Positions 9,982 to 20,762 of a DNA stretch of 64,000 bases are shown piece by piece. Each line of letters opens with the position of its first letter. Position 1 is the stretch's first letter. Origin of the DNA: an uncultured Gemmatimonadales bacterium (lineage in GTDB: Bacteria; Gemmatimonadota; Gemmatimonadetes; Longimicrobiales; Gaopeijiaceae). The notes below the pieces were generated by a model. The model did not search any database. It had not been told where the DNA came from and saw nothing but the letters and a program-made list of their open reading frames with translations. Made by a program: the position numbers and the translations under genes. The DNA is taken from positions 2,688,001-2,752,000 of the forward strand of contig CAWELD010000003.1 in assembly GCA_963809895.1 (NCBI GenBank), given 5' to 3'.

Positions 9982-10065
9982 CGCCCGGCCGTGGCGCGCT
10001 CTCGAAGCGCGCAGCGACGCGACGCAATCACATCAGCAAGGGGTGAAGCTTTGACGGAGGACGTG

Positions 10066-11091
10066 ATGGATCCCGCCCGTCTCGAGGGCGAGGACGAGGT
10101 CGCACTGGCCGACCGCATGAAGGCCGGCCGGGAGGCGATCCTGGGCGAGATCCGCAAACGCATCGTGGGACAGGACGACGTGGTCGACCAGGTCCTCCTT
10201 ACCCTCTTCGTGGGCGGCAACTCCCTGCTCGTGGGCGTGCCGGGGTTGGCCAAGACCCTGCTCATTCGCACCGTGGCCGACGTCCTGGACCTGACCTTCT
10301 CGCGCATCCAGTTCACCCCGGACCTCATGCCGTCGGACATCACCGGCACGGACCTGATCCAGGAGGATCCGGCCACCGGCCGTCGTCACATGGTGTTCGA
10401 GCGGGGACCGGTGTTCGCCAACATCGTGCTGGCCGACGAAATCAACCGCACGCCACCGAAGACGCAGGCGGCGCTGCTGGAGGCCATGCAGGAGCACCGG
10501 GTCACGGTGCAGGGCACGACCTACGACCTGGACGAGCCCTTCTACGTCTTCGCCACCCAGAATCCCATCGAGCTGGAGGGTACCTATCCCCTCCCGGAGG
10601 CCCAGCTCGACCGGTTCATGTTCGAGATCGGCATGGACCACCTCTCGGAAGAGGAAGAGCTGGAGGTGGTGCGGACGACGACGGGCATCCAGAACCCGGA
10701 CTTCAAGCACGCGGTCACCGGCGCCGACCTCATGGCCTTCCAGGAGCTGGTGCGGCGCATTCCGGTTCCGGACCCGGTGCTGCGTTACGCCGTCAGCCTG
10801 GTGCGGGCCAGCCGGCCGTCACGCGACGGAGGCGGTCTGGAGTTCGTGAAGAAGTGGATCGCGTACGGCGCCAGCGTGCGCGCCGCCCAGTATCTGGTGC
10901 TGGGAGGAAAGGCACGGGCGCTGACGCGGGGCCGCTACACGCCGTCCTTCGACGACGTGCGAGCGCTGGCGCATCCCGTGCTCCGACACCGCATCCTCAC
11001 CAACTTCCACGCCGAGTCCGAGGGTCGGAGCTCCACCGAGATGATCGACAATCTCCTGGAGCAGGTCCCCACGCCGTCGTCGGGAATGTGA
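10066..11091 (+). CDS. moxR: MoxR-family AAA+ ATPase
   Basis: GVPGLAKT Walker A, RIQFTPDLMPSD, LADEINR, ATQNPIE, LPEAQLDRF. GGAGG precedes ATG 10066; alternative TTG start at 10051. Confidence 0.95.
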   Translation: MDPARLEGEDEVALADRMKAGREAILGEIRKRIVGQDDVVDQVLLTLFVGGNSLLVGVPGLAKTLLIRTVADVLDLTFSRIQFTPDLMPSDITGTDLIQEDPATGRRHMVFERGPVFANIVLADEINRTPPKTQAALLEAMQEHRVTVQGTTYDLDEPFYVFATQNPIELEGTYPLPEAQLDRFMFEIGMDHLSEEEELEVVRTTTGIQNPDFKHAVTGADLMAFQELVRRIPVPDPVLRYAVSLVRASRPSRDGGGLEFVKKWIAYGASVRAAQYLVLGGKARALTRGRYTPSFDDVRALAHPVLRHRILTNFHAESEGRSSTEMIDNLLEQVPTPSSGM

Positions 11092-11095
11092 CGCC

Positions 11096-12016
11096 GTGAG
11101 CCACACCCGTGCCCGCGCCGGCATCCCCGGTGCCCAGTTCCTGGACCCCAGGGTCCTGGCCCGGATCGACAACCTCGAGCTCCTGGCCCGGACCGTGGTG
11201 GACGGCTTCCTGAACGGCCTCCACCGGGCCCCCTATCTGGGGCTGAGCATGGACTTCGCCGAGCACCGGCCGTACGTGCCCGGCGACGACACGCGTCACC
11301 TGGACTGGCGCCTGTACGCGCGCACGGACCGGCACTACGTCAAGCAGTACGAGGCGGAGACCAACGCCAACATCGCGGCGCTGGTGGACGTGTCCGCCTC
11401 CATGGACTACGGCAGCGGAGAGATCACGAAGCTGGACTACGCCCGCTACCTCGCTGCCTGCCTGCTCTACTTCTCCAGGCAGCAACGCGACCGGGTGGGC
11501 CTCGCCACCTTCGACGGCCGCATCCGGCAATGGGTGCCCCCTTCCGCCAAGAACCTCGAGCTGGCGCTGGTCACGCTGGACCGGGCCGAGGCCGGCGAGC
11601 CCGGCGACCTGTACGCCTCCATGCTCACCGCCGCCGAGCGCTTGGGCCGGCGGGGGATGGTCCTGGTCGTCAGCGACTTCTACGAGGAGCCCGACCGGGT
11701 CATGGAGTCGCTCCGCCTCCTGCGCGGTCGGGGCCACGATGTGCTGGTCTTCCACGTCCTGGACCCCGCGGAGCTGGAGCTTCCCTTCGAGGACCCGGCG
11801 AGCTTCCAGGACATGGAGACCGGCGAGCAGCTCCCGGTGATCCCCAAGCGCCTGCGCCAGGGGTACCGCGAGATGGTCAGCGCGCACATCGAGGAGCTCA
11901 AGGAACGCATCGGGGGCGAGCGCATGGACTACCTCATGCTGGACACCTCCCAACCGCTGGACCACGCCCTCTTCCGGTATCTCACGATCCGGGAGCGGCG
12001 GGCCCGGGTGAGGTGA
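11096..12016 (+). CDS. DUF58-domain protein (MoxR-associated, VWA-like)
   Basis: FAEHRPYVPGDD..HLDW, VKQYEAET, DVSASM and VSDFY motifs. Confidence 0.93.
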   Translation: MSHTRARAGIPGAQFLDPRVLARIDNLELLARTVVDGFLNGLHRAPYLGLSMDFAEHRPYVPGDDTRHLDWRLYARTDRHYVKQYEAETNANIAALVDVSASMDYGSGEITKLDYARYLAACLLYFSRQQRDRVGLATFDGRIRQWVPPSAKNLELALVTLDRAEAGEPGDLYASMLTAAERLGRRGMVLVVSDFYEEPDRVMESLRLLRGRGHDVLVFHVLDPAELELPFEDPASFQDMETGEQLPVIPKRLRQGYREMVSAHIEELKERIGGERMDYLMLDTSQPLDHALFRYLTIRERRARVR

Positions 12017-12022
12017 CGCGCC

Positions 12023-14170
12023 ATGCCACTCGCCTTCCTGGTCCCGGCGTTCCTGGTCGGATTGGCGGCCATCGTCATCCCCATCGTCATCCACCTCACC
12101 CGCAAGCAGCGGGCGAAGGTGGAGCGCTTTCCGTCGCTCATGTTCCTGGAACGGGTGCCGTACCGTGCCGAGAGCCGGCGGCGCATCCACCACTGGTTCC
12201 TTCTGGCGCTGCGCGCGTTGGCGGTGGTGCTCCTGGTGCTGGCCTTCGCCCGGCCCTTCTTCCAGGACGAGGTGGCCGAAGGCGTGGCCGCCACCGGCCC
12301 GACGGAGCGTGTCATCCTGCTCGACCGTTCGTACTCCATGAGCGTGGGGGACCACTGGCAGCGGGCGCTGGACGCGGCAGGGCAGGCCGCGGCCGAGCTG
12401 GGCCCCCTGGACCGGGTGAGCCTGGTGCTCTTCGATCAGGGCGCCGCGGCCGCCGTGCGCTCGGCGGGGGAAGCCTCCCGCATCCGGGCGGTGTTGGACA
12501 CGGTGACGGTGAGCGACCGGGCCACGCGCTACGGTCCGGCGCTCAAGCTGGCGCAGACCATCCTGGAGGAGTCCGAGCTGCCCGGACGGGAGCTGGTGCT
12601 GGTCAGCGACCTGCAGCGCTCGGGGTGGACGGGCGAGGAGGGGGTCGACCTGCCCGCCGGCACCGAGGTGCGTACGGTTCCCCTGGGCGGACCGCCGCCG
12701 GCCAACACCGCCGTCGCCGAGGTGACGCTGGCCCGGGACCTCTTCCAGGGCCGGGAGCGCATCACTCCCACTGCCCGCGTCACCCGGGTGGGTGGCGATG
12801 CGCCGCTGGAGGTGACGGCGCACCTGGAGGTGGACGGCCGTGAGCTCCAGGCCCGCAGCGTGACGCTGCCCGCTTCCGGCGCCGTGCCCGTCAGCTTTCA
12901 GCCGTTCACGCTGGCGGACCGGCACACCATGGGCACCGTGCGCGTCGACGACGACGAGCTGCCCCAGGACAACGCCCGCCACTTCGTGCTGAGCCCCGGC
13001 CGGGCCACGGCGGTGCTGGTCCTGGATGCGCCGGGACGGGGCCCGGACGCCAGCCTGTACCTGGCCGGCGCGCTGCGCATCTCCGGCGACCAGGCCTTTC
13101 AGGTGCGGGTCAGCCAGGGCGGCGTTCCCGGCCAGGACGCGCTGGAGGGCTACCAGGTCGTAGTGCTGAACGACCGCCCCTTCCCCACCGGATCCGAGGG
13201 CACGCGGCTGCGCCGTTTCGTCGAGGGCGGCGGGGGCCTGCTCCTGGTGGCCGGCGATCGCGGCCGCTGGCCCGACGAGGCCGACGACCTCTTCCCGGGC
13301 ACGCTGGGAGCGGCGCAGGACCGCGAGGAGGGACGGGGTGGGCGACTGGGCTACCTGGACTACGACCACCCCGTGTTCGAGATCTTCCGCGGACCCCGGC
13401 GGGGGGATTTCTCCGCGGCGCGCTTCTTCCGCGCCCGCTCGTGGCAGGTCCCCCAGGCGGACACCACGGTGACGCTGCTCGCGCGCTTCGACGACGGCTC
13501 GCCGGCGCTGGCCGAGCGTCGCCCCGGCGAGGGCCGGGTCCTGGTGTGGGCGTCCACCCTGGATGCATTCTGGACGGACCTGGCGCTGCAACCGGTGTAT
13601 CTACCGTTCGTGCATCAGCTCGTCCGGTACGCATCGGGCCGCACCGACGTGCTGGACGCGTTCACCGCCGGGCAGGTCCTGGACGTGAGCGATGCCCGCG
13701 CCATGGAGACGGCGGGCCTGGGCGAGGTCACCGAAGCGCTGGCCGCCGCAGAGGAACGGGTGGTGCTGACCCCCTCGGGCGACAGCCGGCCACTGCCGGT
13801 GGGAGACGAGCCCCGTTTCCTCGAGCTCGAGGAGCAGGGGTTCTATCAGATCCGCCCTCCGGGCCGCTCGGACATGCGGCCCGTGTCGGTGGCGGTGAAC
13901 GTGGATCCGGCGGAGGCCGAGCTGGAGCCGCTGGATCCCCAGGAGGTGGAAGCCGCCATCCTTGGAAACGGCACCGGTCGTCCGGGCGCGGGACCCGGCG
14001 ATGGAGCCCGGGCGCAGGAGCTGAGGCGGGAGGATCGGGAAAAGCGCCAGTCGCTCTGGCGCTGGCTGCTGGGCGCGGCCTTCGTCTTGTTGGCCGCGGA
14101 GACGGTACTGTCGAACCGCCTGTCCCGAGGGACAGGGAGGACACGGACGCATGCAGAAGCCACGGGATGA
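12023..14170 (+). CDS. BatA N-terminal domain plus VWA plus GATase-like membrane protein
   Basis: PIVIHL...FPSLMFL...LLALR...AFARP BatA signature, DRSYSM MIDAS, C-terminal TM (LWRWLL...ETVL). Confidence 0.9.
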   Translation: MPLAFLVPAFLVGLAAIVIPIVIHLTRKQRAKVERFPSLMFLERVPYRAESRRRIHHWFLLALRALAVVLLVLAFARPFFQDEVAEGVAATGPTERVILLDRSYSMSVGDHWQRALDAAGQAAAELGPLDRVSLVLFDQGAAAAVRSAGEASRIRAVLDTVTVSDRATRYGPALKLAQTILEESELPGRELVLVSDLQRSGWTGEEGVDLPAGTEVRTVPLGGPPPANTAVAEVTLARDLFQGRERITPTARVTRVGGDAPLEVTAHLEVDGRELQARSVTLPASGAVPVSFQPFTLADRHTMGTVRVDDDELPQDNARHFVLSPGRATAVLVLDAPGRGPDASLYLAGALRISGDQAFQVRVSQGGVPGQDALEGYQVVVLNDRPFPTGSEGTRLRRFVEGGGGLLLVAGDRGRWPDEADDLFPGTLGAAQDREEGRGGRLGYLDYDHPVFEIFRGPRRGDFSAARFFRARSWQVPQADTTVTLLARFDDGSPALAERRPGEGRVLVWASTLDAFWTDLALQPVYLPFVHQLVRYASGRTDVLDAFTAGQVLDVSDARAMETAGLGEVTEALAAAEERVVLTPSGDSRPLPVGDEPRFLELEEQGFYQIRPPGRSDMRPVSVAVNVDPAEAELEPLDPQEVEAAILGNGTGRPGAGPGDGARAQELRREDREKRQSLWRWLLGAAFVLLAAETVLSNRLSRGTGRTRTHAEATG

Positions 14171-14174
14171 CGGG

Positions 14175-17100
14175 ATGAGACACGACACGCTGCGGGGGAT
14201 CCTCCACCGTGTGCGACGCCGCTGGCGTCTGCACCTCGTGCTCCGGGGGGCCGCCATCGTGCTGGGCGCCACCCTGGTGGCCTTCGTCGCGTCCGCGTGG
14301 GGGCTCGAATGGGCCCGCTTCTCGCCGGTGGCCGTCACCACGCTGCGCTGGGTGGTGTGGGGCTCCGTGCTGGCACTCGCCGCGTGGTTCCTGGTCCGGC
14401 CCCTCCTCAAGCGGGTGGGTGACGAGCAGGTGGCGCTGTACCTGGAGGAGCACGAGCCCACCCTCGAGGCCGCCATCATGGGTGCGGTGGAAGCGAGTCG
14501 GGCCCGCGAGCGCGGCGACGCGCTGGCCTCCGAAGCGCTTCTGGACCGGTTGGTGGCCCGGGCCGTGGAACGGGCTCGCTCCGTCGACGAGGGGCGTCGC
14601 ATCGAGCAGCAGGGCCTCTACCGCGCCAGCGGCGCCCTGGCGGGGGTCACCCTGGTGCTGCTGGCCCTCCTCCTGTTCGGCCCGGTGAGCATCCGCACGG
14701 GTGTGTCGGCCCTCATGCCGAACCGCTCGGCCGCCGAGGTGAATCCGTACTCCATCGACGTCTCGCCCGGCGACATCACGGTGGCGAGAGGATCGGACCA
14801 GTTCGTGCAGGCGAGCCTGGTGGGGTTCGCCTCGGAAGAGGTTGCGCTCTTCACGCGTAGCGGCGAAGGGGAGCCCTACCGCCGCATGTCCATGATCCCC
14901 GGTGCGGACGGCGCGTTCGAGGTCATGCTCCTCGATCTGGACGACGCCACCGACTACTTCGTGGAGTCCGACGGCATCCGCTCCGGAACCTTCCACATCG
15001 ACGTCGCGGACCTGCCCTACGTCGACCGCATGCAGCACGAGTATCACTATCCCGCCTATACCGGCATGGAGCCCAGGGTGGTGGAGGACGCGGGCGACGT
15101 GGCGGCGCTTCCCGGCACCGAGGTGCGGGTGAGGATCACGCCGACGCTGGCCACGCCGGCGGGTCGCCTCAGGTGGGCGAGGGCGAATACGTTCCTCTCG
15201 AGGCGCAGCCCGACGGCAGCCTGACGGGGACGCTGAAGGTCCAGGAAGAGGGCTACTACCAGGTGGACCTGGCCATGGCCGACGGCACCTTCGTGGAGGC
15301 CTCGCCGCAATACACCATCGACCTGCTGAGCGACGCGCCCCCGGCGGTGCGATTCACGACCCCCGGTCGCGACAGCCCGGCCAGCCCCATCGAAGAGGTC
15401 TACCTCGAGGCGCAGGCCGACGACGACTACGGCGTGGACCAGCTCCTCCTGGTCTACTCCGTGAACGGCGAGGCCGAGGACACGGTCGCGCTGCACGCCG
15501 GTGGCCGGCCGCTCACCGAGGTGACCGCGGGACACACGCTCTATCTGGAGGAGTTCGAGGTGGAGCCCGGCGATGTCGTGAGCTACTACGGTGTGGCCAG
15601 GGATCGGCAGGGCAGAGCCACTGAGGCGGTGAGCGACATCTATTTCGTGAACGTCCAGCCCTTCGGTCGGGACTTCAAGGAAGGCGAACAGCAGGGCGGT
15701 CCGCCGCAGGGCGGCCAGGGCGCGGGCGCCGGCAACCAGGCCGAGTTGAGCCAGCTGCAGCGGCAGGTCATCGCCGCCACCTTCAATCTCAACCGTGATC
15801 GCGACCGCTACAGCGACGAGGAATTCGGCGAGAGCACGGTGAGCGTCGCGCTGGCCCAGGGGCGGGTGCGCGAGCAGGTCTCCACGCTGGTGGAGCGCAT
15901 GACGAACCGGGGTCTGGCCGAGGCCGAAGACCAGTTCAAGGAGATCGCGGAGATGCTGCCCGAGGCCATGGAGGCCATGGAGACGGCCGAGGCGGATCTG
16001 CGCGACGGCAAGACCCGGGACGCGCTCTCTCCCGAACAGCAGGCACTGCGCGTGCTGCAGAAGGCCGAGGAGACCTACGAGCGCTACGTGACCAATCAGC
16101 AGCAGAGCGGCGGCGGGGGTGGGGGCGGCGGCAATCAAGCCAACGCCGAGGACCTGGCAGACCTCTTCGAGCTCGAGCTCGACAAGCTCGAGAACCAGTA
16201 CGAGACGGTGCAGCGGGGCGAGCGCCAGCAGGCCAACGCCGAGGTGGACGAAGTGCTGGAGAAGCTGGACGAGCTCGCCCGCCGCCAGCAGGCCGAAGGC
16301 GAGCGGCAGCGGGCGCGGGCCCAGCAGGGTCAAACGTCGTCCGGCGGGCAGTCGGCGGCCGGTCAGCGTGAGCTCGCCGACCAGGCGGAGGAGGCCGCCC
16401 GGCAGCTCCAGCGGCTGGCGCGCCAGAACGGCGACCAGCAGCTCGACGAAGCCGCGCGCCGGCTGCAGGAGGCCGCACAGGCCATGCGCAACGCCGCCGC
16501 CCGGGGCGGCAACGCCGGGGTGGCCGAATCGGCGCGGGCCCTGGACCGGCTCCAGGACGCGCAGCGGCGCCTGCAGCGGGCGCGGGAGAACCGCGTGACC
16601 GAAGACGCCCAGAACGCGCTGGACCGGGTGGAGCGACTGCAGCAGGAGCAGGCGGAGATCTCCAGGGCCGTGGAGGACATGCCCGAGGATCCGTCCGCCC
16701 GCACCGAGGTGGTCGAGCGCCTGAAGGAACGCAAGACCAGCATGGCTGAAGAGGTGGGCTCGCTGCAGCGTGACATGAAACGGTTGTCTGCAGACGCCCG
16801 CCAGGAGGATCCGGAAGCGGCGCGGGCCATCGACGACGCCGCCAACGCCATCGAGGAGGGCAACCTCACCGCCAAGATCCTCTACTCACGAGGCGTGGTG
16901 GAGCAGCGTGAAAAGGAGCTGGCGCGGGTGTTCGAGCGGGGCCTGGAAGAAGATCTGGAGGCGTTGCGGAAGAAGGTGGAGAACGCCGCCAAGGTGGCTC
17001 AGGGCCTGGCGGACGCCCAGGGCATGGAAGAGGCGCTGGACCGCGCCCAGGACCTGGTCCAGGGCGTGGAGTCCCTCAACGAGCGCATGCAGAACAGGGA

Positions 17101-17827
17101 CCGCGGTGAAGAGCGCGACTCCTTGGCGGAAGGGGGCGCGGCAGGCCAGCGCCGGCTCGGGGATCGTCCCGGTGAGCAGGGTGAGCAGCAGCAGGGTCAA
17201 GGCGGCCAGCAGCAGGGTCAACAGGGCGGCCAGCAACAGGGACAGCAGGGCAGCCAGCAGCAGGGGCAGCAGGGTGGCCAGCAACAGGGGCAGCAAGGCG
17301 GCCAGCAACAGGGTCAGCAAGGCGGCCAGCAGCAGGGCCAGGGTGGGCAACAAGGTGGGCAGCAGCAGGGCGGCCAACAGGGGCGCGGCGGCAACGCCGA
17401 CGTCCTGGGCGGGTCCTTCAATGGTGGTGCCACCCGAGGCTCCCCTCGACCCTACACGGACGAGGAGATCCGACAGTTCCGCCGCGAGTTCCAGCAGCGC
17501 TACGCGGATGCACAGGCACTTCGTGACGCCCTGCGCCAACAGGGGCAGGACACGCAGGACCTGGACCGGGCCCTGGACGCCCTGCGGCAGCTCCAGGTCG
17601 ACGAAACCTACGGCGACCTGCCGCAGATCGCCGCCCTGCGCGGCCAGCTCACGGAGAGCCTGGGCCGCCTGGAGTTCAGCCTGCGCCGTCAGGTGGAAGG
17701 TGAAGACACCGGGCGGGCGGCATTGCGGGGCAGCGACGACGTTCCGCCGGGGTTCCGGAAGCTGGTCGAGGAGTACTACCGAGCCCTGGCCCGGGGGAAC
17801 GGCAACGGCGGCGGAGGCCAACGGTGA
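14175..17827 (+). CDS. large membrane-anchored Ig-like plus coiled-coil protein (DUF4175-like); split by a frameshift at ~15170
   Basis: ORFs 14151-15224 and 15173-17827 join if one C is restored (CTC [C]AG GTG GGC GAG = GRLQVGEGEY). Three TMs, DDYGV motif, long coiled coil, VPPGFRKLVEEYYRAL C-terminus. Confidence 0.82.
17171..17385 (+). repeat. in-frame tandem repeat encoding (QQQGQQGG)n
   Basis: About 24-nt degenerate units with mixed CAG/CAA and GGN codons. Confidence 0.9.
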
Positions 17828-18249
17828 CACGGGCTCGCCTGTGGGCACTGTTCGCCGTGGCCACGGCGATCCCCGGCTCCGTCGCGGCACAGTCGTCGGT
17901 GGGCATGATCGTGGGTGAGCCCACCGGCGTGTCCGTGCGCGTGGGCACGGTGCAGGCTCATGCCGCCTGGTCCTTTCGAGACGACGGCGCCCTGCACCTG
18001 AGCGCCGACAAGGTCCTGCGCTTCGGCAACATGGAGACGGGCCTGGTGTGGTACGTCGGTCTGGGCGCCCGGGCGAAGTTCGCCGACGACGTCCGCATCG
18101 GCCCCCGCGTGCCGGTGGGATTCCTCTATCCCGACGCGGGCCCCTTCGAGGTCTTCCTCGAGGTGGCCCCCATCCTCGACCTGACCCCCGAGACCACACT
18201 CCGTGTCAACGGAGGGATCGGGCTGCGCTACGTGGTGGGCCGCCGCTGA
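17824..18249 (+). CDS. small outer-membrane beta-barrel protein (DUF3996/OmpA-like barrel)
   Basis: GTGA overlap; signal peptide; GMIVGEPTGVS, WYVGLG, RVPVG, FLEVAP and NGGIGLRY strand motifs. Confidence 0.75.
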   Translation: MTRARLWALFAVATAIPGSVAAQSSVGMIVGEPTGVSVRVGTVQAHAAWSFRDDGALHLSADKVLRFGNMETGLVWYVGLGARAKFADDVRIGPRVPVGFLYPDAGPFEVFLEVAPILDLTPETTLRVNGGIGLRYVVGRR

Positions 18250-18343
18250 CGGCTGGCTTCCCCTTGCGCAGCGTGGCCCCGCGGTGACTTTCCGGAGGCG
18301 GGATCCGGCCCGCCCCGAGCCCTCTCGTTCAGGAGAACACGCC

Positions 18344-19993
18344 GTGATCGCAGCCGGTCGCCTCGCCACGTGCCTCGCGACGCTCCTGCCCGCGCTGGTC
18401 GCGCCGGGCCTTTCCGCCCAGCAGGCGCGATCCCCCATCGCGGTGGAGACCCTACGCGCTGACCTCTTCACCATCGCCGCAGACTCCATGGGCGGGCGCG
18501 ACACCGGATCCCGCGGCGACTATCTGGCCACCGAGTACGTGGCGGCGCGCTTCCGGCAACTCGGGCTGGAGCCCGCCGGAGAGAACGGCAGCTTCTTCCA
18601 GACCATTCCGTTCGTGCATGTCCACGTGGACCCCGCGGTGCGGCTCACCGTGGACGGGACGCCGCTGGAGGTCGCCACGGAAGCCCTCCTCGTTGCGGGC
18701 ATCGATCACTGGGACGCCACCGGGAGACGCGCCGTCTACGGCGGGGTCGCGGGAGATCCCTCCACGTGGCCCTCGGCCGCGGCGTTGGAAGGCGCGCTCA
18801 TGGTGGTGTTTCCGCCGGAGGGAGTCGACCCCAACTCACTCCCCGCCACCCTGCAGGCCACCATGGCCAACGACCGCACGGCGGGCGCGGCCGGTTTCGT
18901 GCTCGTGGCGCTCGACCTGTTTCCTGCCGACATCCGGGAGCAGTTCCTCCAGGGCTCCGTCACCACCGACAACAGCCCCGATCCACGCCAGCGGCCCGTC
19001 ATTCTGGCGTCGGAGGGTGCAGCCCGGCGGCTACTGGGCGGCGACCCGGCGTCCCTCACCGCCGGGCAGCGGGGCCCCGCGCTGGGCGGCGCGGTGGCCA
19101 CGCGCGTGGATTCCCTGGACTATCCCGTCCGGAACGTGGTGGCGGTGGTGCGCGGTACGGATCCCCAGCTCCGCGAGACGTACGTGAGCATGTCGGCGCA
19201 CCATGACCACATTGGCCTCACCTCCACGGCCGTGGATCACGATTCCGTATACGCCTACAACCACGTGCTGCGCCCGCTGGGCGCCGACTCTCCCGCTCGC
19301 GCTCCGACGGCGGCCGAATCCACACGCATCCACGAGCTTCGCGACAGCCTCGCTGCCGAGCGGCCAGACGTGCGAGACTCGGTCTTCAACGGTGCCGACG
19401 ACGACGGCACCGGCACGGTGGCGCTCCTCGAGGCCGCCCGGGTCCTGTCCGAGGCGCCTCCACGCCGCTCGGTCCTGATCGTGTCGCACGCCGCGGAGGA
19501 ACGGGGACTCCTGGGATCGGAGTGGTTCACCGACCATCCGACGGTGCCGCTGGACTCCATCGTGGCCGAAGTGGACATGGACATGATCGGGCGCGGCAAC
19601 GCCACCGATCTCCCCGACGGCGGCCCGACGTACCTGGAGGTGATCGGCGCGCGGCGCCTGTCCACCGAGCTCGGCGACGTCTTCGAGCGGGTGAATGCCC
19701 GTCAGACCCGGCCCTTCGTGCCCGACTACTCCTTCAGCGATCCGAACCACCCCCTGCACTACTACTGCCGAGCCGATCACTACAGCTACGCACGCATGGG
19801 GATTCCGGCCATGGCCATGTCACGGGGCGAACACCCGGACTATCACCAGATCACCGACGAGGCGGACCTCATCCACTTCCAGGACCTGGCGAGAGTCGCC
19901 ACGCTGGCCGTCGACCTGGTGGCCGAGCTCGGCAACATGGATCACCGGCCGGTGGTGGACGTGACGGTGGATCCGAACGCGCCCTGCCGCTGA
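18344..19993 (+). CDS. secreted M28-family metallopeptidase with PA-like insert
   Basis: AGGAG plus GTG 18344; SAHHDH, NGADDDGTG, AEERGLLGS, DMDMIGR, RADH and DYHQITD. Confidence 0.92.
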   Translation: MIAAGRLATCLATLLPALVAPGLSAQQARSPIAVETLRADLFTIAADSMGGRDTGSRGDYLATEYVAARFRQLGLEPAGENGSFFQTIPFVHVHVDPAVRLTVDGTPLEVATEALLVAGIDHWDATGRRAVYGGVAGDPSTWPSAAALEGALMVVFPPEGVDPNSLPATLQATMANDRTAGAAGFVLVALDLFPADIREQFLQGSVTTDNSPDPRQRPVILASEGAARRLLGGDPASLTAGQRGPALGGAVATRVDSLDYPVRNVVAVVRGTDPQLRETYVSMSAHHDHIGLTSTAVDHDSVYAYNHVLRPLGADSPARAPTAAESTRIHELRDSLAAERPDVRDSVFNGADDDGTGTVALLEAARVLSEAPPRRSVLIVSHAAEERGLLGSEWFTDHPTVPLDSIVAEVDMDMIGRGNATDLPDGGPTYLEVIGARRLSTELGDVFERVNARQTRPFVPDYSFSDPNHPLHYYCRADHYSYARMGIPAMAMSRGEHPDYHQITDEADLIHFQDLARVATLAVDLVAELGNMDHRPVVDVTVDPNAPCR

Positions 19994-20252
19994 GCGACCC
20001 GATCCGGGAGTAGTAGCGCAGAAGTTCGTGTCGCACCGAGAGTGACGAAGCACCGCTCTTGTTGTCGAGACCCCGCAGCGCGCATGATGACGACATAAGA
20101 GCATGAGGGCACGGCCGTCCCGGGCCCTTACGTTCGGGCGAGTCGCTTCCCGGCGCCCAATCGGTCCATGGTGCCGCCCGCATCGCCCTGCGTTGTTGGG
20201 GGGTGCGACGTCGCCCCGGTGTAACTCGAGAGGTCGTCAGCAACAGTTCGTC

Positions 20253-20339
20253 GATTCAACTCGCTGAGCGAGTCGATCTCGACAGGTCGCTGAAGCCGCC
20301 GGCCGTGCTTCTACGGATTCAACTCGCTCAGCGAGTCGA
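20253..20339. repeat. two direct copies of a palindromic 24-mer GATTCAACTCGCT(G/C)AGCGAGTCGA, 63-bp period
   Basis: Copies start at 20253 and 20316 and differ by one base, at the dyad centre. Confidence 0.85.
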
Positions 20340-20460
20340 ATTGGCCAATCGTCGTCCAGGAGGCCTCCAGTGGCCAGTACGCGTAAGCTGTCCCCTGGCA
20401 GCCCGTTGTAGTATTCTGGCTGCCAGGCCCTCGGGGACTCCCCGGAACGAGGAGATCGAC

Positions 20461-20754
20461 GTGATGAGAGCGCTCCTGGCCAGCATCGCTGTGCTGATGG
20501 ACGTTCCCGACGGCTCCCACGAGCTCACGCTGGAGCATCGCTGCTACTACACGGTGCGCGTGGATGTCGCGGTGCGCCCCGACGCCGTCGGGCCCGCACG
20601 TGTGAATGTGGGCCTGCCTCTGACACCGTACACCGGCACGCCGGGCTACTCCGAGCCGTTGGGCGGATGCCGACGACCCGAGCACCTGGCGAACGCGGCT
20701 CCCTCAGCCCCCCGCCTGGATTCGAGTCGATCCAGTAGTGCGTTGAGCATCTGA
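20461..20754 (+). CDS. short hypothetical protein or gene remnant (beta-sandwich/PEGA-like fragment)
   Basis: GAGGAG before GTG/ATG 20461-20466; DVPDGSHELTLEH resembles a beta-sandwich segment; codon bias fades at the 3' end. Confidence 0.35.
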   Translation: MMRALLASIAVLMDVPDGSHELTLEHRCYYTVRVDVAVRPDAVGPARVNVGLPLTPYTGTPGYSEPLGGCRRPEHLANAAPSAPRLDSSRSSSALSI

Positions 20755-20762
20755 TCTGCGTA

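Noticed and set aside
15160..15180. Programmed ribosomal frameshifting at this and the other breaks
   Set aside because: No slippery heptamer seen, and the breaks are scattered over unrelated genes, which fits sequencing error better.
20253..20339. CRISPR array
   Set aside because: Only two repeats, no third unit at the 63-bp period and no cas genes; kept as an unexplained repeat.
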